Counted from the stretch's first letter, positions 37,855 to 47,877 are shown. The stretch is DNA of 64,000 nt from Candidatus Methylomirabilota bacterium (GCA_046727155.1 JBKPCB010000027.1:2626-66625); one strand, 5' to 3'. A program made the numbers and translations. Notes: generated by a model not told the origin, from the letters alone.

Positions 37855-39714
37855 TCAGCGTGCCACGACGGCGGGGTCGATCTTCAGCACGGCGTAGCCG
37901 CCCACCGCGCCCGCGCCGAAGCCGGGGGCGAAAATCCTCATGGGCCGCGTGATCACGCCCTCGACCACGGCATCGTGGATCGCGATGGGAATGCTCGCGG
38001 ACGAGGTGTTCCCCACTCGCTCGATGTTGAAGTACAGCCGCTCGGGCGCCACGCCGGCGCCGTTGGCGATATTGACCACCATGGTCTTGTTGGCCTGATG
38101 GGGCACGATGAGGTCGATGGCCTCCAGCAGGGAGCCCGTGCCCCCATCCGGGTGGGGCAGCGCGCGCAGCTCGTCGAGCATTTGGGTGAGGTAACGCTTG
38201 ACCAGGGCCTTCACCTCGGGCCCGTAGACGGTGATGTTGTTGTCGAAGTCGGGATTGGGCCAGATGATGGAATCCACCTCGGACATAGGCCCGCTGGCGT
38301 AGGTTTGTAGGACTTCGACGTCGGTCGGCGCGCCCGCCGGCGCCGGACCCACGACGAGGGCGGCGGCGCCATCGCCAAAGATCATCCGCGAGGTGCGCAC
38401 CGTCCCAATCTTGTCCGAGAACTTCTCCCCGCAGACGACCAGCACAGGGCGCTCCACCTCCTGGAGTAGCCGCACAGCTTCGGACAATCCGTACGGAAGA
38501 CCAGCGCAGGCCGCGACGATGTCGCAGGAGTTGTGAGTCTGGAAGATCCCCATTTCTCCGGAGATCCAAGTCGCAACGGATGGGATGATCTTGGTCGCGG
38601 TGCATGAGCAGAAGAGGACGGCGCCGATCTCTTCGGGCTGGCGTCCCGAATGGGCCAGCGCCCGCCGGGCCGCGAGCAGCGCCATGTGGTCCAGGTCCAG
38701 CTCCGTGTAGAGGCGCTGCTCGATGCCGGTCTTGCGAAGAATCTCGTCCGCGGTCATGGGCGACCAGCAGTACGCGGCATTGCGGATGAGGTCGTCGTTG
38801 GTGCACGCGCGCTCGCCCTTGTAGACGGCGATGGCCTCGATCCGCGGCATGACGGTGAACCGCGTGGGCACATCCAGTGGAGGATACGGGCGCACCGGCT
38901 TGCGCGATTCGGCCGGCGCGGGGCGGCGCGGCCGGGCCCGGCGCGGAGCCTTGACACGGCGGATGAACTCCAGGACGTCCTCGTTCCGCGGGTGGAAGAC
39001 GACGACGAAATCGTCGTCGTGGAGCTTGCCCACTTCGGTGAGGCGTGTGCGCGCGCGGTCCCAGCGGTACTGGTTGTGCAGCACCATCGCCTGACGCATG
39101 GTGGCCTCGAGCTCGGGCACCGGATGGCTCCACTCGGTGATGTCGTCGTGGCCGTAGCCGGGATAGTCGGGGTCGTAGGCCAGCAGGTGATAGGTCAGGC
39201 TCTGCGGGTTGGCGAGAATCTCGCTCACAGTAGGCTTGATGGCGGGCAGCTCGGCGCCCGCGCCCTTCTTGTGCCGGAAGACGTCGAACAGAATGCGGAA
39301 AACCTTGTCTTCCGTGCCCTCGTCCCAGGTCGGCGCTAGCGCGCGGTAACCCGTTTCGATCGCCGCCGCCATCTCGCTTCCATCCCATGGCTTGAACACC
39401 GGCAGGAAGACGTCGTCCCGGCGGCGCGGCACGTCCCGCCAACGGGTCGGTCGCTTCTCGTACATGGTCATCGCGTAGCGGTTGACCCAGAAGAGATTGA
39501 GCGCGAGGTCGCGGAGGACTTGGTACCGGCCCGTGTAGCCCCGCGCCTCGACGCGGGAGACGATATCGGTCTCGGTCGGCGCCTTCTCCTCGAAGTCGCG
39601 CTTGATGACGGCGGCGAACTGCTCGAGGGTCTCGAAGATCGAGAAGTCGAGCTCGGGGAAGAAGTTGAACGGGAAGACGATGCGATCGTAGCGGTTGACG
39701 ATAAAGCGCTTCAT
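37855..39714 (-). CDS. FabH-like (KAS III family) condensing enzyme with a 300-aa N-terminal domain of unknown function
   Basis: The C-terminal half has active-site Cys in AACAGLPYG together with His and Asn regions (HQANKTM, GNTSSASIP), as in 3-oxoacyl-ACP synthase III. The N-terminal 300 aa (MKRFIVNRYDRIVFPFNFFPELDF...) match no family known to me. Confidence 0.7.
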   Translation of the reverse strand: MKRFIVNRYDRIVFPFNFFPELDFSIFETLEQFAAVIKRDFEEKAPTETDIVSRVEARGYTGRYQVLRDLALNLFWVNRYAMTMYEKRPTRWRDVPRRRDDVFLPVFKPWDGSEMAAAIETGYRALAPTWDEGTEDKVFRILFDVFRHKKGAGAELPAIKPTVSEILANPQSLTYHLLAYDPDYPGYGHDDITEWSHPVPELEATMRQAMVLHNQYRWDRARTRLTEVGKLHDDDFVVVFHPRNEDVLEFIRRVKAPRRARPRRPAPAESRKPVRPYPPLDVPTRFTVMPRIEAIAVYKGERACTNDDLIRNAAYCWSPMTADEILRKTGIEQRLYTELDLDHMALLAARRALAHSGRQPEEIGAVLFCSCTATKIIPSVATWISGEMGIFQTHNSCDIVAACAGLPYGLSEAVRLLQEVERPVLVVCGEKFSDKIGTVRTSRMIFGDGAAALVVGPAPAGAPTDVEVLQTYASGPMSEVDSIIWPNPDFDNNITVYGPEVKALVKRYLTQMLDELRALPHPDGGTGSLLEAIDLIVPHQANKTMVVNIANGAGVAPERLYFNIERVGNTSSASIPIAIHDAVVEGVITRPMRIFAPGFGAGAVGGYAVLKIDPAVVAR

Positions 39715-40151
39715 GGCGCTCCCATCTAATCCCCAGAGGGAGCGGCTGTCAACGCGAGTCGGGACCTCGGCGGCTGTGCGGTCGGGCAATTTCCCGCCTG
39801 GAGGTGACAAAATGCGCTGTCTCGGCGCCGAAGCCGACGGCCAAGCCTAATGGGATCTGGTCGAAAGGGCTTGAATTCGTAATCTCTTTCCCCTATCCTG
39901 CCTGCGAGATTCGGGCGGAATCGGGCTCCTTCGGCTGGCACCTGACTTGCTTGGTAAAAGAAGGGCAACGCGCCGGACGACGCTGCGGGCGGCCCGACGG
40001 GTGAAGTCGAGCGCGATTCCGCGGCTCGCCACGGAAGAGACCAAAGTAGAGATGGCAATCGGTCGCGTTTCACGATAGATTCGTGCGAGTTGTGTCGGCG
40101 ATCGGTGTCACGGCGGCGTTTCACGAAGCGAGAGACCGAACAGGGAGAGAC

Positions 40152-41162
40152 ATGGTGCGCGTGATCCTCGGCATGCGGCAGACGGTTTTGACTTTCGGCA
40201 TTCTGGCCCTCGCGCTGGGCGGCTGCGGCACGCTGTCGGGCGGCCTCCGCAGCGACTCCGCGCTCCTCGCCGCGTCCTCAGCATCCTCGGGAGAGACAGC
40301 CGCGACCCCGTCTCCCGCCGCCGAGCCCACGTCCGCCGCGATCCCGGCCGAAAGCAAGACCGAGACGAGCACGGCAGTCAGGCCCGACACCGATCAGATG
40401 AGCGCGCCCACGCTGGACTTCGTGCCGGTTTCCTTCGAGCCCATCAAGCCTGAGGATGCGCCGGCCGTGATGGTGGCCTTCCTCGGGCCGCTGTTCACCC
40501 AGCGCGGCACGCCAGCCCCGCCCGTCGACGCCACGATCGAGGAGTACGATCCCTGGGAGCCGTTCAACGAGAAGATGTTCAAGTTCAACAAGGACTTCCT
40601 CGATAATTACGTGCTCAAGCCGGTGGCGAAGGGCTACAACTTCATCATGCCGGACATGTTCCAGCAGATGATCGACAACGGCTTCAGCAACATCAAGGTT
40701 GTCCAGTACGTGGTCAACAATCTCCTGCAGGGCCGCTTGATCGGCGCCAGCACGGAAGTGGGGCGGTTCCTCATCAACAGCACCCTCGGCATCGGCGGCC
40801 TCTTCGACATTGCCAAGCAGGAATTCAATCTTCAGAAGACGAAGGTCGACTTCGGCCAGACGCTGGGCGTGTGGGGATCCGGGCCCGGGCCCTACCTGGT
40901 CCTGCCTCTCCTGCCGCCGCTCACGGTGCGCGACGGGATCGGCACGGCTGTCGACGGCGCCATGGACCCGTTAAGCTACTACATTCCCTTCATCTGGGAC
41001 CGGTTGGGAATGAAGATCGGCGACACGGTCAACGACCGCTCGCTCAACCTGGACCTCTACCAGGGATTCGAGGAGACGACGGTGGATCTCTACAGCGCTG
41101 TTCGCAACGGATACCTGCAGCGGCGCCAGAAGCTCATCGAGGACGCAAAGACCGCGCGCTAG
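40152..41162 (+). CDS. mlaA: MlaA/VacJ family lipoprotein
   Basis: It has the lipobox LALGGCG and a VacJ core (NEKMFKFN...LNSTLGIGGLFD). Confidence 0.75.
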   Translation: MVRVILGMRQTVLTFGILALALGGCGTLSGGLRSDSALLAASSASSGETAATPSPAAEPTSAAIPAESKTETSTAVRPDTDQMSAPTLDFVPVSFEPIKPEDAPAVMVAFLGPLFTQRGTPAPPVDATIEEYDPWEPFNEKMFKFNKDFLDNYVLKPVAKGYNFIMPDMFQQMIDNGFSNIKVVQYVVNNLLQGRLIGASTEVGRFLINSTLGIGGLFDIAKQEFNLQKTKVDFGQTLGVWGSGPGPYLVLPLLPPLTVRDGIGTAVDGAMDPLSYYIPFIWDRLGMKIGDTVNDRSLNLDLYQGFEETTVDLYSAVRNGYLQRRQKLIEDAKTAR

Positions 41163-42037
41163 TCCTTCCGGGGCTCCAGCAGCCCGAGCAGCCCCGCGCT
41201 GTCCAAACGGCCGAGCCCGGCTTCACGGGCTCGGCCGTATAGCTTCCAGGCCTCCCGCCCGACCGCCGCTTCCGCGCCGGATCGTTCGGCCAGCTCCAGC
41301 CCGAGTCCGAGGTCCTTCCACGCCAGGTCCACGAAGAACCCCGCCCGGTAGTCGCGCGCCACGAGGGCCGCGAGCTTTCGCTCGAGGATGAAGCTCGCCC
41401 CGGAGCTCTTCCCGATCACCTCGCCCACGGTCTCTCGGGGAATGCCGAGCCGGTCCGCCAGCGCCATGGCCTCGCAGAGCACGGCCTGGTTGGACAGGGC
41501 CACGTAGTTGTTGAGGAGCTTGAGGATGTTCCCCTTCCCGACCTCGCCCAGATAGAAAAGGCTACCGCCGATGGCGCGGAAGATGCTCTCGAACGGCGCG
41601 GCGACTTCAGCCGACGCGCCGATCATCACCGCGAGCGTGCCGGCGCGCGCGCCGGCCACGCTGCCGCTGACCGGCGCGTCGATGAGGGTGACGCCGTGCT
41701 TTCGGCAGCGCGCGGCGAGCCCGCGCGTGGCCTCGGGCCCCACGGTGGAGAGATCGAAGATGACGTCGCCTGGCTGGGCGCCGGCCATGAGCCCCGGAAT
41801 CCGGTCTCGCCCGAATAGCGCGGCCTCCACCGCCAGGTGATCGGGCAGGCTCAGCAGCGTCACCCTCACCACCCGGGCCAGGGTGGGCAGGTCGGGCGCG
41901 CGCGTGGCGCCCAGCGCTTCCAGTGGCGCCGTGGCCTCTGGCTGGAGGTCGAAGATAGTGAGCGAGTGACCCTTCTTGAGGATGTTCTCTGCCATGGGGC
42001 GGCCCATATTGCCAGTGCCGACGAAGCCAATCTGCAT
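41159..42037 (-). CDS. NAD(P)-dependent oxidoreductase (3-hydroxyisobutyrate dehydrogenase / beta-hydroxyacid dehydrogenase family)
   Basis: It has MQIGFVGTGNMG as a Rossmann motif and a 6-phosphogluconate-dehydrogenase-like C-terminal domain. Confidence 0.8.
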   Translation of the reverse strand: MQIGFVGTGNMGRPMAENILKKGHSLTIFDLQPEATAPLEALGATRAPDLPTLARVVRVTLLSLPDHLAVEAALFGRDRIPGLMAGAQPGDVIFDLSTVGPEATRGLAARCRKHGVTLIDAPVSGSVAGARAGTLAVMIGASAEVAAPFESIFRAIGGSLFYLGEVGKGNILKLLNNYVALSNQAVLCEAMALADRLGIPRETVGEVIGKSSGASFILERKLAALVARDYRAGFFVDLAWKDLGLGLELAERSGAEAAVGREAWKLYGRAREAGLGRLDSAGLLGLLEPRKD

Positions 42038-42058
42038 GACGTCTCCTTTTCGCGCTTC

Positions 42059-42589
42059 TCAGCGGCGCCGGCCGTCGGGTCCGAGGCGGTTCAGCGCGCG
42101 CGAGGCGGCGCGGTCCTTCTTGCTCAAGCGGCGGGGATTGCCCTTCTTGGGCCGGCGGGGAGGCTCGACTTCCTCATCCTTGTCCAATATCTCCGTGCCC
42201 GAGACCATTGGCCGCGCGATGGCCACCCGCCCGAGGAAGTCGTCGGTGCTGATCGAGATGGCGCCCGCGCGCTCTGCGGCTCGGCGCACCTCTCGATCGT
42301 TGGAGACCACCGCACCTCCTTGGGCGGCAAGGCGCGCCAGGACCTGGTCGGCGCGCTCCCGCGCGCTGGAGAAGAGGACACGCACCCCGGCGCCCCCGCT
42401 CGTCGCGCTGCCGACGCCCGAGCCGTCGAAAACCACGGTGAATTCATCGCCACTGGACTGCGCCGCTTGCGCCAAGAGCCGACAGAGCGCCTGCCTGCCC
42501 GCCTCGAGGCTTGCGCGCTCCTCGGAAGCCAACTCAGGAGATCGCCGGATCACGTTATATCCGTCCACCAACCAGCGCATGGAGAACAT
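42059..42589 (-). CDS. NYN-domain (YacP-like) predicted RNA-binding/nuclease protein
   Basis: MRWLVDGYNVI is followed by an acidic active-site pattern typical of YacP/NYN proteins. Confidence 0.65.
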   Translation of the reverse strand: MFSMRWLVDGYNVIRRSPELASEERASLEAGRQALCRLLAQAAQSSGDEFTVVFDGSGVGSATSGGAGVRVLFSSARERADQVLARLAAQGGAVVSNDREVRRAAERAGAISISTDDFLGRVAIARPMVSGTEILDKDEEVEPPRRPKKGNPRRLSKKDRAASRALNRLGPDGRRR

Positions 42590-42666
42590 GATAACGCGGC
42601 GCAGTGCCTCAAAATTTGATGGAAGCGGCGCGCCACCAATCCCCCCGAGTTGCCAAATATGGTCCC

Positions 42667-42735
42667 TTGACAAACTCTTTGGCGAAACCCAATATGTTGT
42701 GCCATCGTCTAGCAATCATTACATGGGTAGTGTTT
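42667..42735 (+). promoter_or_regulatory. Candidate sigma70-type promoter of nrdJ (TTGACA-17nt-CAATAT) overlapping two weak NrdR-box-like AT-rich palindromic half-sites about 32 bp apart
   Basis: TTGACA at 42667-42672 and CAATAT at 42690-42695 lie in an unusually AT-rich stretch for this genome. It is 150 nt upstream of the nrdJ ATG. Confidence 0.4.
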
Positions 42736-42848
42736 TCTGCTCTCTCTCGAGATTATCGAAGGCTCTCGAAGCCGACGCTCAATCCATACGTTTTCGCAGC
42801 CGAAGCAACCGTCACTAAAGGTCCGCAGGACCGCCTCCAGGAGGCTTT

Positions 42849-45800
42849 ATGAAGATCGCCCGGCGCTTCACCAGGGAAGGCCAGAGCCCGTACGCGGGGA
42901 TGCAGTTCGATCAGCGCGTGTCGGAGATCAAGAATCCGGACGGCTCCACGGTCTTCCGTCAGGAAGACATCCTGGTGCCGGCCGCCTGGTCGCCGGTGGC
43001 CACCGACATCCTGGCCCAGAAGTACTTCCGCAAGTCTGGAGTCCCGCAGCTGGACCCGGATGGGAAGCCGCTTCGGGACAAGGCGGGACATCCGGTGCTG
43101 GGAGGCGAGCGGGATGCCCGGCAGGTCTTCCACCGCCTGGCGGGCTGCTGGTCTTCCTGGGGCGAGCAATACGGTTACTTCGACAGCCGGGCCGATGCCC
43201 TCACCTTCTATGACGAGATCTGCTACATGCTCGCGGCCCAGGTGGCAGCCCCGAACTCGCCGCAGTGGTTCAATACCGGCTTGCACTACGCCTACGGGCT
43301 CTCCGGCCCGGCCCAGGGGCATCATTATGTAGACCCCGACACGGGCGTGCTCACCCGCGCCACGTCCGCCTACGAGCGCCCGCAGCCGCACGCGTGCTTC
43401 ATCCAGTCCGTTGCCGACGATCTCGTCAACGACGGCGGCATCATGGATCTCTGGACGCGCGAGGCCCGCATCTTCAAGTACGGCTCGGGCACCGGATCCA
43501 ACTTCTCGGCCCTGCGCGGCGAGAACGAGGCCCTGTCGGGCGGGGGCAAGTCCTCTGGGCTCATGTCCTTCCTCAAGATCGGCGACCGGGCCGCGGGCGC
43601 CATCAAGTCCGGCGGCACCACCCGCCGCGCGGCCAAGATGGTTTGCCTCAACCTGGATCATCCGGACGTGATGGAGTTCATCCGCTGGAAGGTGGTCGAG
43701 GAGCAGAAGGTTGCTTCGCTCGTGGCCGGCTCGCGGCTCGGCAAGCGGCGGCTGCTCGCCGTCCTCCAGGCCGCGAAGACGTCTGCGGGCATCGAGGCCG
43801 ATCCCAAGAAGAATCCGGCGCTGCGCTCCGCCGTGCGTGAGGCGCGGGCCGCCTTCGTCCCCGAGGCCTATATCCAGAAGGTCCTTCAGGTGGCGGCCCA
43901 GGGCATCACCGACCTGCACTTCCCCGAGTACGACACCGATTGGGACAGCGAGGCGTACCTCACGGTCTCGGGCCAGAACTCCAACAATAGCGTGCGCGTG
44001 CCCAACAGCTTCTTCGAGGTGCTGGAAAAGGGCGGCGAGTGGCCGCTGCGGCGCCGCACCGATGACAAGGTGACCAAGAAGATTCCGGCCGAGCAGCTCT
44101 GGGACGAGATCGCCTACGCGGCCTGGGCCTGCGCCGATCCGGGGCTGCAGTACGACACCACCATCAATGAATGGCATACCTGCCCCGAGGACGGGCGGAT
44201 CAACGCATCTAATCCGTGTAGCGAGTACATGTTCCTGGACGACACGGCCTGCAACCTGGCCTCGATCAACCTGGTCAAGTTCCTGAACGAGGACGGCAGC
44301 TTCGACGTGGAGGGCTTCCGCCACGCCTGCCGCCTGTGGACGGTGGTGCTCGAGGTCAGCGTGCTCATGGCGGCCTATCCCAGCCCGACCATCGCCCAGA
44401 AAAGCTGGGACTTCCGCACCCTGGGCCTGGGCTACGCCAATATGGGCACCGTGCTCATGCGCAAGGGCATCCCCTATGACTCGCCGGAGGCGGTGGCCAT
44501 CTGTGGGGCGATGACGGCCATCATGAACGGCGAGGCCTATGCGACGTCGGCCGAGATGGCACGCGACCTCGGCCCCTTCCCCGGCTTTCAGCGCAACCGC
44601 GCCGCCATGCTGCGTGTGATGCGCAACCACCGGCGGGCCGCCTATAACGCCAAGGCCGAAGAGTACGAAGCCCTGACCATCACACCAAGGGGCATCGACC
44701 CGGCCCATTGCCCGCCCCTGCTGCTCCGGGCCGCCCGCGAGACCTGGGACCGGGCCGTCGGTTTGGGCGAAGGCCACGGCTACCGCAACGCCCAAGTCAC
44801 GGTGCTCGCGCCCACCGGCACCATCGGGCTCGTGATGGATTGCGACACCACCGGAATCGAGCCCGACTTCGCCCTGGTCAAGTTCAAGAAGCTGGCGGGC
44901 GGCGGCTACTTCAAGATCATCAATCAGAGCCTGCCGGTGGCGCTCACGACGCTGGGCTACAACCAGGCCCAGATTGACGAGATCATCGACTACTGTGTGG
45001 GGCGCAAGACGCTCAAGGACGCGCCCTACATCAATCACGACACGCTCAAGGCCAAGGGGTTCGACGCGGCCGGCATCGGGCGGATCGAAGCGGCGCTGGA
45101 GGGTTCTTTCGACATCACCTTCGCCTTCAATGTCTGGACCCTGGGTGAGGGCTATATCCAGGAGCGGCTCGGGCTGAACACCGCCCGGCTCGGCGAGTGG
45201 AACGGCAACCTGCTGCGGGCGCTGGGCTTCAGCCCCGCCGAGGTCGAGGCCGCCAACGACTTCTGCTGCGGCACCATGACCGTCGAGGGCGCACCGCATC
45301 TCAAGGCCGAGCACCTGCCGGTGTTCGACTGCGCCAACCGCTGCGGCAAGAAGGGCCAGCGCTTCATCCAGGTGGACGCGCACATCAAGATGATGGCGGC
45401 CGCCCAGCCCTTCCTTTCCGGCGCCATCAGCAAGACCATCAATATGCCCGTGGACGCCAGCATCGAGGACGTCAAGAACGCCTACCGCATGGGCTGGCTC
45501 AGCATGCTCAAGGCGGTGGCGCTGTACCGCGACGGCTCCAAGCTCTCCCAGCCGCTCAGCTCCACCGTGGACGACGAGGAAGAGGCGGCGGCGGCCGACG
45601 TGCAGGCCGTGGCGGAGAGGATGGCCGAGCGCGTGGTGACCAAGTACCTGCGCGAGCGGCACCGCCTGCCCGACCGGCGCTCCGGCTATACGCAGAAGGC
45701 GGTGGTGGGCGGCCACAAGGTCTACCTCCGCACGGGTGAGTACGAGGACGGCACGGTCGGCGAGATCTTCCTGGACATGCACAAGGAGGGCGCCGCCTTC

Positions 45801-46322
45801 CGTTCACTCATGAACTGCTTCGCCATCGCCATCTCGCTGGGGCTCCAGCACGGCGTGCCGCTTGACGAGTTCGTGGATGCCTTCGTCTTCACGCGCTTCG
45901 AGCCGAATGGGATGGTCAAGGGCAATGACCGGATCAAGATGGCGACCAGCGTGATCGACTACGTCTTCCGCGAGCTGGCCATCACCTATCTCGGGCGCAC
46001 CGATCTCTCACACGTGCCCGAGGAAGATCTTCGAAGCGATGCGCTCGGCAGTAAGCCTGGCCAGGGGCCGGTGGAACAGCCGGAGCCGCCGGCAGCCGTG
46101 CTGCGGCCGGCGAGTCCCCACGCCACGGCGCGGGCGATCGCGCCCGTGAGCGGCGGCAGCGGCGCGGGAGTCGCGGCGGCCAAGCTTCTGTCGGCTTCCG
46201 AGCTGGCGCGCCTCAAGGGCTATGAAGGCGATCCGTGCGGCGACTGCGGCCAGTTCACCATGGTGCGCAATGGCACCTGCCTCAAGTGCATCACCTGCGG
46301 CACGACTACGGGGTGCTCCTAG
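42849..46322 (+). CDS. nrdJ: Vitamin B12-dependent ribonucleotide reductase (class II), long form with a C-terminal zinc ribbon
   Basis: It is 1157 aa. NPCSEY marks the active-site region, and the C-terminal CGDCG...CLKCITCG is a zinc ribbon. An RBS aGGAGG precedes the start. Confidence 0.9.
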   Translation: MKIARRFTREGQSPYAGMQFDQRVSEIKNPDGSTVFRQEDILVPAAWSPVATDILAQKYFRKSGVPQLDPDGKPLRDKAGHPVLGGERDARQVFHRLAGCWSSWGEQYGYFDSRADALTFYDEICYMLAAQVAAPNSPQWFNTGLHYAYGLSGPAQGHHYVDPDTGVLTRATSAYERPQPHACFIQSVADDLVNDGGIMDLWTREARIFKYGSGTGSNFSALRGENEALSGGGKSSGLMSFLKIGDRAAGAIKSGGTTRRAAKMVCLNLDHPDVMEFIRWKVVEEQKVASLVAGSRLGKRRLLAVLQAAKTSAGIEADPKKNPALRSAVREARAAFVPEAYIQKVLQVAAQGITDLHFPEYDTDWDSEAYLTVSGQNSNNSVRVPNSFFEVLEKGGEWPLRRRTDDKVTKKIPAEQLWDEIAYAAWACADPGLQYDTTINEWHTCPEDGRINASNPCSEYMFLDDTACNLASINLVKFLNEDGSFDVEGFRHACRLWTVVLEVSVLMAAYPSPTIAQKSWDFRTLGLGYANMGTVLMRKGIPYDSPEAVAICGAMTAIMNGEAYATSAEMARDLGPFPGFQRNRAAMLRVMRNHRRAAYNAKAEEYEALTITPRGIDPAHCPPLLLRAARETWDRAVGLGEGHGYRNAQVTVLAPTGTIGLVMDCDTTGIEPDFALVKFKKLAGGGYFKIINQSLPVALTTLGYNQAQIDEIIDYCVGRKTLKDAPYINHDTLKAKGFDAAGIGRIEAALEGSFDITFAFNVWTLGEGYIQERLGLNTARLGEWNGNLLRALGFSPAEVEAANDFCCGTMTVEGAPHLKAEHLPVFDCANRCGKKGQRFIQVDAHIKMMAAAQPFLSGAISKTINMPVDASIEDVKNAYRMGWLSMLKAVALYRDGSKLSQPLSSTVDDEEEAAAADVQAVAERMAERVVTKYLRERHRLPDRRSGYTQKAVVGGHKVYLRTGEYEDGTVGEIFLDMHKEGAAFRSLMNCFAIAISLGLQHGVPLDEFVDAFVFTRFEPNGMVKGNDRIKMATSVIDYVFRELAITYLGRTDLSHVPEEDLRSDALGSKPGQGPVEQPEPPAAVLRPASPHATARAIAPVSGGSGAGVAAAKLLSASELARLKGYEGDPCGDCGQFTMVRNGTCLKCITCGTTTGCS

Positions 46323-46478
46323 TTGACGCATCGGTTTGACGCAGATCGGCTATCAAATCCTTGCGCCGGTGGGGGCTGGGGAGGATGCTGGGCCCGCCAG
46401 GACAACCCAACTTATTGAAGACGGGCCGTTAGCCCGCCGCCGGTCGTCCTGCGGGACCCGGCAAGTTATACCTGGGCC

Positions 46479-46499
46479 CGAAACGCCACGCGCGTTTCG
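46479..46499 (+). other. Perfect 8-bp hairpin cgaaacgc-cacg-gcgtttcg in the nrdJ-NMO intergenic leader
   Basis: The hairpin was read directly from the sequence. Confidence 0.4.
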
Positions 46500-46511
46500 G
46501 GTGCACTCATC

Positions 46512-46542
46512 GGGGAGGCCCCCTCGCCTCCCCGTTTTATTT
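46512..46542 (+). terminator. Rho-independent terminator (ggggaggc-cccctc-gcctcccc followed by gttttattt), ending 30 nt upstream of the NMO start codon
   Basis: An 8-bp GC stem, a 6-nt loop and a T-rich tract were read directly from the sequence. Confidence 0.7.
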
Positions 46543-46572
46543 CCCGGGAAGTCGCCTTAAGGAGGTCGAACC

Positions 46573-47691
46573 ATGACGCGGTTCCGGACCAGCCTGTGCG
46601 ACCTGCTCGGCATCGAATATCCGATCCTGCAATCCGGCATGGGCGGCGTGGCCGGACCCGAGCTGGTGGCCGAGGTATCGCGGGCAGGCGGCCTCGGCAT
46701 CCTGGCGGGGCTCAGGCTGACTCGCGACCAGCTCCGGGCGGGCATCCGCCGGATCCGAGCGCTCACCGACCGCCCATTCGGCGTGAACCTCTGGCTGCAC
46801 ACCGAGCTGATGCCGCCAGCTGACGTGGCGAAGATTCCCGAGGGCACCCTGCGGAAGGTCCAGGACACGCTCAACCGATTCCGCGTGCGACTCGGCCTTC
46901 CGGTCTCCGAGGTCCGGCCACCCGCCGTCCCGGACCTGATCGGCGAGGCCTTCGAAGTCATCCTCGAGGAGCGCGTGCCGGTGTGGAGCATCGGTCTCGG
47001 TAATCCGGACCCGGCCTGGGTGGGGCGCTGTCACGAGCGCAGCGTCAAGATCGTGGCCATGGTCGCCACGGTGGAGGACGCGCGCGCCGTGGCGGCCTCG
47101 GGGGTGGACGCGGTGATCGCTCAAGGCGCCGAGGCCGGCGGTCACCGCTCGACCTGGGTCAAGCCCGCCTCGCGCGAGGCCGCCCAGGTGGGCGCGCTGG
47201 CGCTCGTGCCTCAAATCGTCGACACCGTCGAACTGCCCGTGAGTGCCTCGGGCGGGATCGCGGATGGGCGCGGGCTCGTCGCGGCCCTGGCCCTGGGGGC
47301 GACGGGTGTGCTGATGGGAACGCGGTTCGTCGCCACGCGGGAGGCCACGGCGGCCGAATTCTGGAAGAAGAGCCTGCTGGAGCGGGGCGGCGAGGCGACC
47401 ACCGTGACCGACGCGATCACCGGTCTCTACGCGCGCGCGCTCCGCAATACCTATACCGAAGAGTACGCCGCCTCGGGCGCTCCCGTGCTTCCGGCCCTCG
47501 TCCAGTCCAGCGCGGCCAAGGACATCTTCGACGCCGCACTGGCGCAGCAGAACGGCGAGTACTACCCCATGTGGTCGGGTCAGGGCGTGGGACTCATCCA
47601 CGATTTGCCTGGGGCGGGAGAGGTGGTCGAGACCATCGTGCGGGAGGCGCGCGCCGTGCTGGAGAAGCTGCCGGCGCGGGTGAAGCTCTAG
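46573..47691 (+). CDS. Nitronate monooxygenase (NMO / 2-nitropropane dioxygenase family, FMN-dependent)
   Basis: LGIEYPILQSGMGGVAGPELVAEVSRAGGLG is the NMO N-terminal signature. An RBS AAGGAGG lies 7 nt upstream. Confidence 0.85.
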   Translation: MTRFRTSLCDLLGIEYPILQSGMGGVAGPELVAEVSRAGGLGILAGLRLTRDQLRAGIRRIRALTDRPFGVNLWLHTELMPPADVAKIPEGTLRKVQDTLNRFRVRLGLPVSEVRPPAVPDLIGEAFEVILEERVPVWSIGLGNPDPAWVGRCHERSVKIVAMVATVEDARAVAASGVDAVIAQGAEAGGHRSTWVKPASREAAQVGALALVPQIVDTVELPVSASGGIADGRGLVAALALGATGVLMGTRFVATREATAAEFWKKSLLERGGEATTVTDAITGLYARALRNTYTEEYAASGAPVLPALVQSSAAKDIFDAALAQQNGEYYPMWSGQGVGLIHDLPGAGEVVETIVREARAVLEKLPARVKL

Positions 47692-47877
47692 ACGGCGTCA
47701 GGCGCCGCCGATCAGCGCCTTGTACAGCTCGACGCCCACCGGTGAGAGGTCGGTGCGAGTCTCGATGGGCAGCCCGGAATTGGTCCAGGCGCCGAGCCCA
47801 CCCTTGAGGATGAGCACTTCCTTGAATCCCAACTTTCTCAGGTCTCGCGCCATCCTGGCGCTCGTGGCCTCGTCGGG

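Noticed and set aside
39804-40004. A 66-aa ORF inside the KASIII-mlaA intergenic region.
   Set aside because: It has no RBS and a low-complexity composition. It is probably spurious, and the region is treated as non-coding and regulatory.
42600-42848. A cobalamin riboswitch upstream of nrdJ.
   Set aside because: B12 riboswitches control B12-independent isozymes, not class II (B12-dependent) RNR. No B-box-like consensus was recognised in the sequence.
42753-45782. A 1009-aa ORF antisense to nrdJ, together with similar long antisense or overlapping ORFs such as 460..1209, 1118..2836, 10894..12189, 12383..13792, 19973..20632 and 35351..36070.
   Set aside because: At 70% GC, stop codons are rare in non-coding frames. 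These ORFs have low-complexity Arg/Gly/Ala/Pro-rich translations, no recognisable domains and lie fully inside well-supported genes on the opposite strand or in another frame.
46323-46572. Assignment of the NMO leader to a specific riboswitch class (the ZTP and guanidine-III classes were considered because of CCAGGACAA/GACGG fragments).
   Set aside because: Only short partial matches were found and the defining conserved cores are absent. It is kept only as an unclassified structured leader.
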